Counted from the stretch's first letter, positions 43,406 through 57,319 are shown. The stretch is DNA of 64,000 nucleotides from Bacillota bacterium (GCA_026627385.1 JAPNUR010000005.1:94498-158497); one strand, 5' to 3'. Notes: generated by a model from the sequence alone, not told the origin. Program-made: numbers and translations.

Positions 43406-45733
43406 TCAGACCCGACGGGTTTCTTTGCCCAACAACAAAGAATTCGTGACGACAGCGCCCGAACTAAACGCCATCGCCCCTCCCGCCAACCCGGGATGCA
43501 CCGCGCCAATCACGGCCAATGGCAGCAAAATGCCATTGTAAATCAGCGCCCACACAAAGTTTTGATAGATTTTGCGCACCGTACGGCGGGACACCCACAA
43601 CGCGTCCCCAATCGCTTCCACATCAGAACGCAGGAGCACAATATCCGCCACTTCGGTCGCCACGTTGTGGTCACGGGCGACTTGAATGCCCACCTGGGCA
43701 GTGGCCAGCGCCAGGGCATCATTAATGCCATCACCCACCATGGCCACCGTGAACCCTTGGCGAATTAACGACCGGACAACCTCGGCCTTCGCGTCGGGGG
43801 TTAACTCAGCGTAGACTTCTGTGATGCCCACCGCATCCGCCACCCGCTGGGCTTGGTCCCGGTGATCCCCGGTTGCCATCATGACGCGGTATCCGGACCG
43901 CTTGAGTTGCTCTACCGTGGCCTTTGCACGGGGACGGACCCCATCCGTCATGTCAAATTGGGCAACAATCTGCCCCTCGACTGCGAGCCAAATCGACTGC
44001 CCACGCGCGGCCAACTCTGACAGAGGCGCGACGGCGAAGCGTTCCATAAGGCGCCAGTTCCCCAGCGCCACTTGCTTCGCCTCCCATTCTCCGACCAGTC
44101 CTTCACCAATTTCTTCGTACACGTCATCCACGCTCAGGCGCTGATCCGTCAACAGGCGGAAGGCACGGCCCATCGGATGGTTTGAATATTGCTCAAGCGA
44201 TGCCGCCAACGCGCACACGGTGGCGCGATCGTAAGAGCCGAACGCATGGACCGCGATCACTTCCGGCTCACCTCGCGTCAGCGTGCCGGTTTTGTCCAAC
44301 ACCACGACATTCACGCGGCTCGCCTGCTCCAAGGCCTCGCCACGACGAAATAAAATGCCGCGCCGGGCGGCGAGCCCGGTTCCCACCAGGACAGCCGTCG
44401 GTGTCGCTAATCCTAACGCACACGGGCATGCCGCGACCAACACCGCCACCGCCCGCACCCAGTTCCCTGTGGCTGCCCAGGTCGCCACCGACAACGCCAT
44501 GACAAACGGCACAAAGCGCGCAGCCAAGCGATCGGCCATCCGTTCAAGGGGCGCCTTGTCCGCCTGGGCTTGTTCCACCGCCTCAATCATCTGAGCCACC
44601 AGGGTGTCGGCCCCAACTTGATCGGCACGCACCCGGACGACAGCCCGCCCGCGGTGCACCGTCCCGGCATGCACGGTTTCCCCGGGAGCCTTCACCCGCA
44701 CCTGTGCCTCGCCCGTTAGCATAGATTCGTCCACAGCCGCATGGCCAGCCACAACCACGCCGTCGACGGGAATCGGATCGCCAGGCCGCACCACCACCAC
44801 ATCGCCCCGATTCAGGGCCAGCAATGGCACGCGTTCTAACGTGTCGTTATCCCCCACCCGCCATGCCATCTGCGGGGTCAGCCCCGCTAAGGCGCGTAAG
44901 GCCTCCGACGTGCGCCGCTTGGCCGATGCTTCCCAATATTTGCCCCACAATACGAGCGTTATCACCGTCGCGGCCATGTCAAAATATAAGGGACCATGCG
45001 CCCAAAATCCGTATACCGACATCATCCAGGCACTCAGCGTGGCGACCGCCACTAACACGTCCATGCTGAAGCTACCATGTTTGATGCCATTGTATGCCCG
45101 CATAACAAAGGGAAGCCCCGGGCCCCATTGGACCCAGCTACCCAGAACTAACGGCACCCACCGCGGCGACAACCAGCCAACGGGATGATGGAGCGCGTGG
45201 CTGACCATAACCACCCACAGGGGCACTGTCCCCGCCAGTGACATAAGCCAGCGTTGTCGCGCCTCATCCCGTTCGCTGGGCGGTTCCTGCTTTAACGAAT
45301 GGCGTATCCAAAAGCCAGCGGCCTTGAGGTCATCAACGATGCGTGCACTGGAGGTCAGCCCTTTGACGTAGCGCACGGTCACCTCCCCCGTCGCCAGGTT
45401 ACTGCGATGCGACACCACCCCGGCGTGGGCAGCGAAGACGCGGGCCATCCGCTCGCGGAGGGGCGCTTCGCTCAGCCCATCAACCGCGAGCTTCAGGGTT
45501 TCGCTCTGCACCGTGTAGCCGGCATTGGTCACTGCGGCCACAAGTTCGCTCGCGGCCACCGGCGCCTTCACCCGCACGAAGGCCCGTTCCAGGGCCAGAT
45601 TGACGGTCACCTCTTCGACAGCTGGCACCCGCGCTAAACTTTGCTCCACCGCCCGCGTACAGGCCGCGCAGCTCATGCCGCCAATGGTGAGTTCTACCTC
45701 GAAGGCACTCGTTCCCTCGTCACGTCCCATCAC
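43406..45733 (-). CDS. copA: Copper-translocating P1B-type ATPase
   Basis: Contains the N-terminal HMA domain GMSCAACTRAVE, the TM6 motif CPC (ACPCALGLATP), DKTGTLT and GDGINDA. Confidence 0.95.
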   Translation of the reverse strand: MMGRDEGTSAFEVELTIGGMSCAACTRAVEQSLARVPAVEEVTVNLALERAFVRVKAPVAASELVAAVTNAGYTVQSETLKLAVDGLSEAPLRERMARVFAAHAGVVSHRSNLATGEVTVRYVKGLTSSARIVDDLKAAGFWIRHSLKQEPPSERDEARQRWLMSLAGTVPLWVVMVSHALHHPVGWLSPRWVPLVLGSWVQWGPGLPFVMRAYNGIKHGSFSMDVLVAVATLSAWMMSVYGFWAHGPLYFDMAATVITLVLWGKYWEASAKRRTSEALRALAGLTPQMAWRVGDNDTLERVPLLALNRGDVVVVRPGDPIPVDGVVVAGHAAVDESMLTGEAQVRVKAPGETVHAGTVHRGRAVVRVRADQVGADTLVAQMIEAVEQAQADKAPLERMADRLAARFVPFVMALSVATWAATGNWVRAVAVLVAACPCALGLATPTAVLVGTGLAARRGILFRRGEALEQASRVNVVVLDKTGTLTRGEPEVIAVHAFGSYDRATVCALAASLEQYSNHPMGRAFRLLTDQRLSVDDVYEEIGEGLVGEWEAKQVALGNWRLMERFAVAPLSELAARGQSIWLAVEGQIVAQFDMTDGVRPRAKATVEQLKRSGYRVMMATGDHRDQAQRVADAVGITEVYAELTPDAKAEVVRSLIRQGFTVAMVGDGINDALALATAQVGIQVARDHNVATEVADIVLLRSDVEAIGDALWVSRRTVRKIYQNFVWALIYNGILLPLAVIGAVHPGLAGGAMAFSSGAVVTNSLLLGKETRRV

Positions 45734-45801
45734 CTGGCCCCCCCTATCTCCGTCACAGCAGCTATACGCGACTGAGTGGGACGGTATGTCCCAGATCGCG
45801 C

Positions 45802-46692
45802 ATGAACCCCAGGATTCAGGCCATCCTGGCTGACAATGGGAGGATAACCGGTATGCGACCTTTCTTGGTAGCCTTGGAAGAACTATGGGCGCTCGTGCGC
45901 GCCCGGGACTTCGGCCTCTATGCCCAATCGCTCGCCTATAGCTTCTTGTTTGCCCTGGTGCCGCTGCTTCTTATCCTGTCCACCGCGCTCGGCCGTTTAC
46001 AGCAGCTTGGCCGACCAGCTCTCTTTCAAGGCCCGGTGCGCACATTGGTTGCACCTCAGCTGCAACAACTGCTCTCCTCAGCGGTCAGCGGGCTCTCCTC
46101 GTTTCACCGTCACACGCTCATCTCCCTGGGAATCGTCGGCTTTCTCTGGGCTATGACCAATGCTATGCGTCAGCTGATGCGCGCCCTGAACCACGACAGC
46201 GCGCCGCCGCCTTCCCCTTGGGCCATGACCCTGGTTCGGCCTGCCGCCGTCGGTTTGACCGTCGGCACACTCATGGTGCTGGCCGAGAGTTTCATGGTCG
46301 CCGGCCAAGAGCTCACTCGGTGGGCCATTGGCCACCTCACCCACTCAGCGGTCAGTCCGTGGATCGTCACAGTCGTGCGCTGGATTATCTTTTTAGTGCT
46401 GTTGTGGGCCATTCTGACCTTTATCTACAATGGTCTCGCGCGCCCGCGACCCCACTTTCGGTGGCTGACCCCGGGTAGCGCCGTGGTGACCGTCACCTGG
46501 GTCTTGCTGTCGCTCGGGTTTTCGTTTTACACGGCCCATTGGGCTACGTACAACACGCTCTACGGAAGCCTCGGCGCGGTGATTTTGCTCATGATCTATC
46601 TCAATCTGTTATCCTATGCCTTGCTTGTTGGGGGCGCCATTAATGCGTTCACCCTCGCACGTGACGCCCCTAAAGATGAGTCAACACCGTAA
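45802..46692 (+). CDS. YihY/BrkB-family membrane protein
   Basis: Contains SLAYSFLFALVPLLLIL and the C-terminal YGSLGAVILLMIYLNLLSYALLVGGAINA pattern. Confidence 0.8.
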   Translation: MNPRIQAILADNGRITGMRPFLVALEELWALVRARDFGLYAQSLAYSFLFALVPLLLILSTALGRLQQLGRPALFQGPVRTLVAPQLQQLLSSAVSGLSSFHRHTLISLGIVGFLWAMTNAMRQLMRALNHDSAPPPSPWAMTLVRPAAVGLTVGTLMVLAESFMVAGQELTRWAIGHLTHSAVSPWIVTVVRWIIFLVLLWAILTFIYNGLARPRPHFRWLTPGSAVVTVTWVLLSLGFSFYTAHWATYNTLYGSLGAVILLMIYLNLLSYALLVGGAINAFTLARDAPKDESTP

Positions 46693-47881
46693 TCACTAAT
46701 CCCACCAGGGCCCCGACGACCGCCCCGTTAATGCGAATCCACTGCAAATCGCGGCCCACGTAGTATTCCAGTTTGTCGATCCATTCCCGCTCATTCATGC
46801 TGCTCAAGTTATCATGAACCAGGCGGCCAATGACTGAGTGGTACTGGGTTACCACACGCATCATGAGGCCCCGCGCCACGGTATCGAGTTGCGCTTGGTA
46901 ATTCAAGTTGCCTTCTAACCATTGCTTCACCGAGGCCATCAGTCGCTCTAACGTGGCCCCCGCCTGGCCGCTGGTCAGCGCGTCGACCGCCTGATCCTTC
47001 CCCCAGGCTACCACGACCGGCCAGGGGACTTGACCCAGCAGGCCCATTTTCGCCTCTTCCACGCGTGCCCGCACCACGGCGTCGTCCCTAAGCGACCTGA
47101 GGATGCGCACCAAGACCAGGTCAAACTGCTGAAACGCCTGATCCGACGCCAGCCACCGTTTCAACGCCCCTTTAATCGCTAAAGTCAACTCGTGGTAATC
47201 GACAGTACCTAACGATTCCAACAGCCCCAGGAAGAACTTTTGCGTGCCTGTCTTGGTGTACTGGTCAATCATCTCCTTCAAGCGCCGTTCCAAATCCTCT
47301 GTGAGTTCGACTTGGTCCAGCGCCAAGGACGCGTGCTCACTCAAGAATAAAAAGAGGGCACGGTCATTGCCAGACCGGATGAGCCATTCAATGAGCCGCA
47401 CGAGCCAATCCGACAGCATAATCTGGTCGGCTTTGGCGGTTACGGTGTCTCCTACCACCACGGCGAGACGTTCCACATCCACCTGGTTTATCCAGTCAGA
47501 CGCCATCTGGCTTAACCAGCGCCCCACCTCCGGGGAGAGCGGCTGATCGAGTTGACGCAATACCAGATCGGAAATGGACAACGCTTGAATGTAGCGGTTG
47601 AGATACTCGGCCGAGAGAAGCTCCGTTTCCACCAAATGGGAAATGGCATCAATAATGCGATCGCGGTTAGCGGAGATAATCGACGTGTGCGGCAACCACG
47701 TCAACCCCAGCGGATGACGAAACAGCGCCGTGACCGCATACCAGTCGGCAATGGCTCCCGCCAGTCCTGCCAACGCCAGCCCCATTAAGTAGACTGACCA
47801 TGCGGCGCCATGAAAGAGCAAAGCGATGGCTAACAACACGACCAGCACCACTAACGAGACGTTCGCCCATCGCCGCTGCAT
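46670..47881 (-). CDS. DUF445-family membrane-associated protein
   Basis: 403 aa. The N-terminal TM is followed by IADWYAVTALFRHPLGL..PHT.II..N.D.I, and the C-terminus is LQWIRINGAVVGALVG. This pattern is recognised from DUF445 proteins. Confidence 0.65.
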   Translation of the reverse strand: MQRRWANVSLVVLVVLLAIALLFHGAAWSVYLMGLALAGLAGAIADWYAVTALFRHPLGLTWLPHTSIISANRDRIIDAISHLVETELLSAEYLNRYIQALSISDLVLRQLDQPLSPEVGRWLSQMASDWINQVDVERLAVVVGDTVTAKADQIMLSDWLVRLIEWLIRSGNDRALFLFLSEHASLALDQVELTEDLERRLKEMIDQYTKTGTQKFFLGLLESLGTVDYHELTLAIKGALKRWLASDQAFQQFDLVLVRILRSLRDDAVVRARVEEAKMGLLGQVPWPVVVAWGKDQAVDALTSGQAGATLERLMASVKQWLEGNLNYQAQLDTVARGLMMRVVTQYHSVIGRLVHDNLSSMNEREWIDKLEYYVGRDLQWIRINGAVVGALVGLVITVLTHL

Positions 47882-47931
47882 AACCCACCTCCGTCCTTAT
47901 CATAGCGCAGCTTAGGTCAAATCACCCCGGG

Positions 47932-49188
47932 CTAGCTGCCTGATAGTTGGGTCACGGATTTTTGCGACCGCAGCTGCCCCCAAATGCGGCGACCCATCCA
48001 GGCAACCCATCCTTGGGCCAGGGAGCTCGCCAGGACCATCACCACCAGCATGTCAGGGCTATTATGCCACGCATATAAGCCCATCAGAATCCCCATGCTG
48101 GCCAATCGCCCGGCATTGAGACTCATTTCCCGGGACAGCATGAAGATGACGCGCCGTTCGCGCACCGCCGGATCGCGGTCCATGACATCCAGGGGAATGG
48201 CTTCGTTGGGAATGGTAAACCAGGGCATGCTGAACGATTGGACCACCCCGTAGAGAAACACCCAAATCCAACTCACGCGCATCAAGAGGAGAAAGAGGGC
48301 CCCCCCTGTCATGCCCGCCACCCCCATCCACATGGACCGGGGGCGCAATGGCGGGGTGACGGTGCGGCTCACCCACAAAGCCCCCGCCATCCGCATGAGG
48401 GCACTGATACTGGAATAGACCCCCACAAGCCAGGCACTGCGCGTCGCAATATAGACCAAGAATACGCCGGCCAATCCCGACATCGCCTCGCGGGTCCCGC
48501 GGACCATCAGGGTTTCCATCGCTTCCTTCCACAGCGGTACCAGTCGATGCAAGGAAAAGCTGAGACTTAGGCGCTCTCGCCCTAAAGGCGGCCCTGGGGG
48601 CACGGAAAAGGAGACCCCAAAGGTCATCGCGTACACGGCAAGCGCAATGGCAAACACCATCAAGTATCCCACGAGGCCGGGCAGGAGTCCGACGACCGCG
48701 CCGCCCATGAGTGGCCCCACAATCCCCGCGACGCTGCCCACCGCCGCATTGATGCCGTAGAAGCGAATGCGCTGGTCAGACGGCACGGTATCAAACGTCA
48801 TCAAATTGGCCCCAAACCAGAAAAATCCCTGAGAAATCCCTTGAAACAGCCCCAGCCAAGCTATGTAATGGGCCGCCCGGTGCATCAAAAAAAGCAATCC
48901 GCCGTAAAAGGAGGCGGTCATGACGAGCCCCCAGCGATACGGCACTAAGGGAGAGGATTGCCGAAAGAGATAACCGGTGAGATAAAAGACAAACGTCAGC
49001 GAAAAGAAATAGACGCCGTTAAATAAGGCTAAGGCCGCCAAATGGCCTGAGACCACGAAGATGAATAAGTTCACAAAGGTCGAGGCGATGGCGCTGCCCG
49101 TCGTCGACCCCGCAAACGTCAGCACAAGCCATCGGGTAGCCGGGCTTAGCCCTGGCGTCCCGGTTTTTGCCACTGTGGTTCCCTCCAT
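47932..49188 (-). CDS. MFS transporter
   Basis: 418 aa with 12 hydrophobic segments. Confidence 0.75.
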   Translation of the reverse strand: MEGTTVAKTGTPGLSPATRWLVLTFAGSTTGSAIASTFVNLFIFVVSGHLAALALFNGVYFFSLTFVFYLTGYLFRQSSPLVPYRWGLVMTASFYGGLLFLMHRAAHYIAWLGLFQGISQGFFWFGANLMTFDTVPSDQRIRFYGINAAVGSVAGIVGPLMGGAVVGLLPGLVGYLMVFAIALAVYAMTFGVSFSVPPGPPLGRERLSLSFSLHRLVPLWKEAMETLMVRGTREAMSGLAGVFLVYIATRSAWLVGVYSSISALMRMAGALWVSRTVTPPLRPRSMWMGVAGMTGGALFLLLMRVSWIWVFLYGVVQSFSMPWFTIPNEAIPLDVMDRDPAVRERRVIFMLSREMSLNAGRLASMGILMGLYAWHNSPDMLVVMVLASSLAQGWVAWMGRRIWGQLRSQKSVTQLSGS

Positions 49189-49323
49189 AGCACCGTTTCC
49201 AATCCCGAATCATATCAAACCCCGGGGATGTCCGCGATAAGGCGTCGCTTGGTTGATTTTTGCTAGAAAATGGCGGAGAATAGTCGCGAATGTCGCCCGT
49301 AAGGGCACGAAGGAGGACTTCCG

Positions 49324-49809
49324 TTGCAGGTTGATGTCGTCATTGAGATTCCCCAAGGCAGTCAAAACAAATATGAAGTCGATCACGAAACCGGCCGTGT
49401 GCGGCTCGACCGCGTTCTCTATTCGCCCATGCATTATCCCGCCGAATACGGCTTCATTGAACACACTTTAGGCGAGGACGGCGACCCGCTCGACGTCCTG
49501 GTGTTATCCACGTATCCCACGTTTCCAGGGTGCATCGTCAGCGCCCGCATCATTGGGATGTTGGAAATGACCGACGAAAAAGGAGTGGACACAAAATTAC
49601 TCGGGGTCGCCGCCGACGATCCCCGCTATCACCACGTCCACACCCTCGAGGATGTCAATCCCCACGTCCTCAAGGAAATTCCCCACTTCTTTCAAACGTA
49701 TAAGCAACTGGAGCACAAGGAGGTCACCATCGGCGGCTGGAAAGGAGAGGCTGAGGCGCTCCAGGTGCTGCAAGAAGCGTTGGCGCGCTATCAAGCACAG
49801 CCCTCCTAG
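49324..49809 (+). CDS. ppa: Inorganic diphosphatase, family I
   Basis: Contains VVIEIPQGSQNKYEVD, YGFIEHTLGEDGDPLDVLV and the DEKGVDTKLL pattern. The start is TTG. Confidence 0.95.
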   Translation: MQVDVVIEIPQGSQNKYEVDHETGRVRLDRVLYSPMHYPAEYGFIEHTLGEDGDPLDVLVLSTYPTFPGCIVSARIIGMLEMTDEKGVDTKLLGVAADDPRYHHVHTLEDVNPHVLKEIPHFFQTYKQLEHKEVTIGGWKGEAEALQVLQEALARYQAQPS

Positions 49810-50954
49810 GACGTGCTCGACGAGTCGCGCGAGGCGACGACGGGAACAATGAGCCGGGAGCTCACTACGAGATCCTGGCTCATCTTTTCTAAATCCACGA
49901 GCACCGCCGCAATATCCAAAAAGTGCGTGGCGTCTCGGGCCCACCAGGTACCGCCCGCAGCCACCAAGCGGTTGCGTTCACGACTGGCGTTCGCCAAGAG
50001 CTGCTCTAGCCGCCAGGCAGCCTCCGGGTCGCCTTCGCGAATAAGGTAGGCATAGCTTTTTAAGGCATCGCCCATCAACGCCAAAAGACGTGCGAGATGG
50101 TAACTCACGGGCACCGGCCATGTTTCCGACGGCTGGCTTAAGTCCCGTTCAACGCTGACAAACAGCGTGCGGGCGATGCCCCGCACTTGAATTAAAATGT
50201 GTTCGAGCACTTCCAGGGCTTGCCGCAACTGTTTAAGCCGGCTCCGGTCTTTATGGTGCCAGGGGTTCCAACGCAAACTCGTTTCGGCCCGGTGAATCGC
50301 GGCCCTGGCATCATGAAGCCCTTGCTCCACCGCGCGGGCCCGCGTGAGATGCTGGTTCGCATGAGCGAGGGTGATTCCTTCCCCCAGATTTTGTCGGATT
50401 TCGTCCATGATGTCCGCCAACCCCAGCGCCAAGAGGCGCAGCGTGTCTACCGCATCTGGGGTAAAATCTGGCGGCCACAGGAGCACGGACACTGCTGCCG
50501 CCACTAACGCCCCCAGCCCAGTATCCAGCGCCCGGGCCCAGGCATAACCCTTCACTTCCGATCCGATGGCAATGACCAACAGGGCACTAATGGCCACCTG
50601 GGGGATGCCTTGCGGCCCTAAATTGAGCCGCGTCGCCGCGGCCATCCCCACGAACACCAGAATCGCCAACGACCAGGCATGTAACCCAAGCCAATGGGTA
50701 AACACCAGCGCGAGCACGATCCCGCCAATCACCCCGAGCATCCGCTGAACGCCCCGGGCAATAGACTCGGCGACAGTAGCCTGCACCGACAAGATGGCGG
50801 CGAGGGGAGCAAAATACGGTTTGGGACTATGAAACAGCCAACTGGCCAATGCCCACGAGGCCCCCGCGGCCACCGCCGTTTTTAGAACTTGCAGACTTAA
50901 GCCCCACCGTTCCAGCGTATCCCACGGCAACTCGCTCCAGCGCCATTTCGTCAT
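49806..50954 (-). CDS. FUSC / aromatic-acid-exporter-family membrane protein
   Basis: The N-terminal half has about 5 TM helices (LKTAVAAGASWALA...P.FAP.AAIL), followed by a long coiled cytoplasmic domain. Confidence 0.6.
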   Translation of the reverse strand: MTKWRWSELPWDTLERWGLSLQVLKTAVAAGASWALASWLFHSPKPYFAPLAAILSVQATVAESIARGVQRMLGVIGGIVLALVFTHWLGLHAWSLAILVFVGMAAATRLNLGPQGIPQVAISALLVIAIGSEVKGYAWARALDTGLGALVAAAVSVLLWPPDFTPDAVDTLRLLALGLADIMDEIRQNLGEGITLAHANQHLTRARAVEQGLHDARAAIHRAETSLRWNPWHHKDRSRLKQLRQALEVLEHILIQVRGIARTLFVSVERDLSQPSETWPVPVSYHLARLLALMGDALKSYAYLIREGDPEAAWRLEQLLANASRERNRLVAAGGTWWARDATHFLDIAAVLVDLEKMSQDLVVSSRLIVPVVASRDSSSTS

Positions 50955-50999
50955 ACGCTTAGGGTTCGGGCCTTATCCTATTTTATGCAAGGTGTTGCC

Positions 51000-51794
51000 T
51001 TAGTGGATCCGCCGCCCCGCATGGCGCCAATCGCGGTACAATGAATAACTGAGGCCCACAAGCATCGCCACTAGGAAAAGCCCTGGCGACACAAACCGCC
51101 GCCAATCCGGCGTCGAAGCGGCGGCCGCGCTGACCACGGCCATCACATCGAGCCAGATATGGGCCAGCATGGGGGAAAGAAAATCCCCCGTCGTCATTAG
51201 ATAGACGGCCCACGGAAGGACCGTAAGGCCAATGACGACCATGGTCCATCCCCCCCAGGCCGGCACGTGCCACAAGCCAAATAAAAAGGCCGCAGTCGCC
51301 GCCACCATGAGGCGGTCAAGGCCGTTGAGCGGCCGGACCCACTGCCATAAGCTAATCAGACCGCCCAGCAACACCAAGTTTTCGACGGGCAACACCAACG
51401 GGAACTGCCACAACAGGTGCAGCGCCTCCGGCCACCTCATGCGCGACAACCGCGCGGCCTGAGGATTAAATCCTAGGGCCAACGTCGCGGCTGTGCCCAT
51501 CGCCCAACTGGCCAGGGCGAGGAGGAGGCTTTGCCCCACCGTCGCCTCGGTCCAGCGAAGGCTCCTCCACACCGTGAGCCCGAGCGGCCAGGTGAACAAC
51601 AAAAACAGCAGCCCGCCATACGCATAGCCGACCACCGCAGAACGGGCCCAATGGGCAACGAGAACCACCCCGAAGCCCGCGAGCGCGGTGGCCAGCATCA
51701 GCCGCCAGGTCGGCACCTGGCCGACAAGCCGCAAATATGTAGGGTTAGACAGCACGCGGTTGAGCCGCTTCAATCGGTGACGCCATGTCCTCAT
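51000..51794 (-). CDS. CPBP-family (CAAX-type) intramembrane protease
   Basis: Multi-TM protein with VENLVLLGGL (EE/EN motif region), FGLWH and the later ML.H pattern. Confidence 0.55.
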   Translation of the reverse strand: MRTWRHRLKRLNRVLSNPTYLRLVGQVPTWRLMLATALAGFGVVLVAHWARSAVVGYAYGGLLFLLFTWPLGLTVWRSLRWTEATVGQSLLLALASWAMGTAATLALGFNPQAARLSRMRWPEALHLLWQFPLVLPVENLVLLGGLISLWQWVRPLNGLDRLMVAATAAFLFGLWHVPAWGGWTMVVIGLTVLPWAVYLMTTGDFLSPMLAHIWLDVMAVVSAAAASTPDWRRFVSPGLFLVAMLVGLSYSLYRDWRHAGRRIH

Positions 51795-51835
51795 TCGTTT
51801 CGCCCCGCTCTATGGATAAGCGGGGGGTGTCCTGA

Positions 51836-52792
51836 TTATGCCACGATCGCGTCAATCCGAGCCAAGACTTCGGGAGTTAAGGTGACCTCCACCGCTTTGA
51901 CATTTTCACGAATTTGCTCCGGCTTAGAAGCCCCAATCAGCGCGCTAGCGATGGCAGGCTGCCGGAGAACCCAGGCGAGCGCCAGCTGACTTAAGGTCAG
52001 GCCTAATTCAGCCGCCAATGCGGCCAGTTGCTCCACTTTTGCCAAACGGTCGTCGGTCAATAACCGCTCCACGGAACTTTTCACCGCCGGATCCGCAGCC
52101 CGGGATCCCGCGGGAATAGCCTGACCCCGGCGGTATTTGCCTGTTAATAACCCTTGCGCGAGGGGCGAAAATACCACCAGCCCCATGCCCGCCTGTTCAC
52201 AAAGTGGTAAAACCCCCGGTTCAATATAGCGATTCAGCAAATTATACACCGGCTGACTGGCCCTAAGCGGCCGCAGTTGCAGCCGTTCTTGCACAGATAT
52301 GGCTTCCATAATCTCAGGCGGTTGCCACTCGCTGATGCCCGCGTACAAAATCTTGCCCTGCTGCACCAGGTCATCTAAAGCCCGCAGCGTTTCTTCCACT
52401 TCCGTATTCGGATCGAACCGGTGACAATAGAAAATATCGACGTAGTCCGTCTTCAGCGCACGCAAGCTCTCGTCCACTTGATGAAAGAGGTGCTTACGGG
52501 ATAGCCCGCTTTGATTCGGCTTGTCGCTGACCGGCCAAAAGGCTTTCGTCGTCAAGACGTACTCATGACGCGGAAAGGGCGCTAACGCTTTGGCCAAAAA
52601 CTCTTCAGCGGCATGGGGTTCGCGCCCATAAACGTTGGCGCAATCGAAATGGTTGATGCCGAGTTCGTATGCTTCCTGCACGCATTGAATCGCCGTCGTT
52701 TCTTCCGTGACGGTACCATAAGTCAACCAGCTGCCCAAAGCAATCGCTGACACTTGAATTCCCGCTCGTCCCAACCGTCGATATTGCATCAC
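51836..52792 (-). CDS. Aldo/keto reductase (Kv-beta/YghZ-like)
   Basis: Contains MQYRRLGRAGIQVSAIALGSW, INHFDCANVYG and DIFYCHRFDP. Confidence 0.9.
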   Translation of the reverse strand: MMQYRRLGRAGIQVSAIALGSWLTYGTVTEETTAIQCVQEAYELGINHFDCANVYGREPHAAEEFLAKALAPFPRHEYVLTTKAFWPVSDKPNQSGLSRKHLFHQVDESLRALKTDYVDIFYCHRFDPNTEVEETLRALDDLVQQGKILYAGISEWQPPEIMEAISVQERLQLRPLRASQPVYNLLNRYIEPGVLPLCEQAGMGLVVFSPLAQGLLTGKYRRGQAIPAGSRAADPAVKSSVERLLTDDRLAKVEQLAALAAELGLTLSQLALAWVLRQPAIASALIGASKPEQIRENVKAVEVTLTPEVLARIDAIVA

Positions 52793-52845
52793 GACCCAAC
52801 CTTTCTCTTTTCATCACGATACCATAAACGCCTCTGCCCTCTCTA

Positions 52846-54417
52846 TCACGACGGCTTCGTTAGCGACGTGGTCCTAAGAGGCGAACTCTCGCTCACCACG
52901 AGATTCGGGTATTTTTCCGCCAACCGCTCGAGATGGCGGTTTTCTTCGCACAAAATGACCGGTTGGTCATCGTCGTCATAGACAAGGCGGGCATGATCAA
53001 AACGGCCAAACTCAAACTGCGTGGGACCGGCCACCACCCAGCGGGCCATGGTATACGGCAGCGGCGATAACTCCACGTCGACCCCGTATTCCGCTTTCAA
53101 ACGGTACACCAGCACGTCAAATTGCAACGGCCCAACCACGCCTAGGATCACCTGGGGGCCCAGATCGTCCGCATGAAAGCGCTGCAACATGCCTTCCTGC
53201 ACGAGTTCGTCCAATCCCCGCTGATATTGCTTATGTTTTAACGTATACTTCAGTTCCACCACGGCAAAGTGTTCCGGAGAAAACCGGGGAAAATCCACAA
53301 AACGCACTGTGGGGTTTTCGCTCAGCGTATCGCCAATGTAAAAGAGGCCGGTGTCTTGAAGGCCAATCACGTCGCCGGCATAGGCCTCATCGACAATCGC
53401 CCGGTCTTGCCCCAAAAATTGTTGGGGTTGGGCTAGCCGAACCGTCCGCCCGCTCTGCACATGGGTCACAACCATATTGCGGGAAAACCGTCCCGACTGG
53501 ATGCGCACAAACGCCACCCGATCCCGATGCTGCGGGTTCATATTGGCCTGAATTTTGAACACAAACCCCGAAAAGAACGAAGCTTCGGGCCCGATCAGTC
53601 CATTGTGCGCCGGGCGCGGAGACGGCGGCGCCGCCAGTTTCAAAAAGCCTCGGAGGAAGGTCTCGACCCCAAAATTGGCCATGGCACTGCCAAAATACAC
53701 CGGCGTCAACTGACCGGAGCGCACCTGACCCAAATCGAACACTTCGCCCGCCCCATCCAGCAGCGCTAAGTCCTCTATTAACGCGGCGCGCAATCCATCG
53801 TCCAGGGTAGCCTCGCTTAACGGAATTCGACGAAATTGGCGCTGCCGTCGGTCAAACTCTTCAAAGAGCTGCGCCTCCCTGTCATACAGTCCTTGGAAGG
53901 TCGGCCCCATGCCCACCGGCCAATTCATGGCATAAGTCGAAATGCCCAAGATGCGCTCAATTTCCTCAAGAATCTCCCATGGATTGCGAGACTCGCGGTC
54001 GAGTTTGTTGACAAACGTGACGATGGGCATTTGACGCCGCCGCACGACTTGATAAAGCTTGATGGTCTGCTCTTCTACCCCTTTGGCTGCGTCGAGCACC
54101 ATGACCGCGCTGTCGGCTGCCAAGAGCGTCCGATAGGTATCCTCGCTGAAGTCCTGGTGTCCCGGCGTGTCCAACAGATTCACTTGGTAACCTTGGTACT
54201 CAAACGCCAACACCGTCGACGTCACCGATATCCCCCGCTGTCGCTCGATGGCCATCCAGTCGGACCGCGCATGCTGCTGCGCCCGCCGAGCTTTGACGGC
54301 GCCGGCCTCGCGAATCGCGCCGCCAAACAGCAACAGTTTTTCTGTGAGCGTGGTTTTCCCCGCGTCAGGATGTGAGATAATGGCAAACGTTCGGCGGCGG
54401 GCAACCTCGGCAAGCAT
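52846..54417 (-). CDS. prfC: Peptide chain release factor 3 (GTPase)
   Basis: Contains RRTFAIISHPDAGKTTLTEKLL, SDWM.IE..RGISV, DTPGHQDF and NKLDR. Confidence 0.95.
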   Translation of the reverse strand: MLAEVARRRTFAIISHPDAGKTTLTEKLLLFGGAIREAGAVKARRAQQHARSDWMAIERQRGISVTSTVLAFEYQGYQVNLLDTPGHQDFSEDTYRTLLAADSAVMVLDAAKGVEEQTIKLYQVVRRRQMPIVTFVNKLDRESRNPWEILEEIERILGISTYAMNWPVGMGPTFQGLYDREAQLFEEFDRRQRQFRRIPLSEATLDDGLRAALIEDLALLDGAGEVFDLGQVRSGQLTPVYFGSAMANFGVETFLRGFLKLAAPPSPRPAHNGLIGPEASFFSGFVFKIQANMNPQHRDRVAFVRIQSGRFSRNMVVTHVQSGRTVRLAQPQQFLGQDRAIVDEAYAGDVIGLQDTGLFYIGDTLSENPTVRFVDFPRFSPEHFAVVELKYTLKHKQYQRGLDELVQEGMLQRFHADDLGPQVILGVVGPLQFDVLVYRLKAEYGVDVELSPLPYTMARWVVAGPTQFEFGRFDHARLVYDDDDQPVILCEENRHLERLAEKYPNLVVSESSPLRTTSLTKPS

Positions 54418-54551
54418 GCTTTTCAGACTCCTCTACACAAAGTGGCACCCAAAGGTGAGTACCGTAGCGATTATAGCATGGCCCCCGCGACAATGCTGCA
54501 TCGCATTCGCGGCCTTCAAGGATTACAATAACCTGAGAGACGTCCTATTCT

Positions 54552-57281
<2,730 letters not shown>

Positions 57282-57319
57282 ACGCCGGGAGGCCCTCGCG
57301 TTGAGGGCCTCCCGTGTCA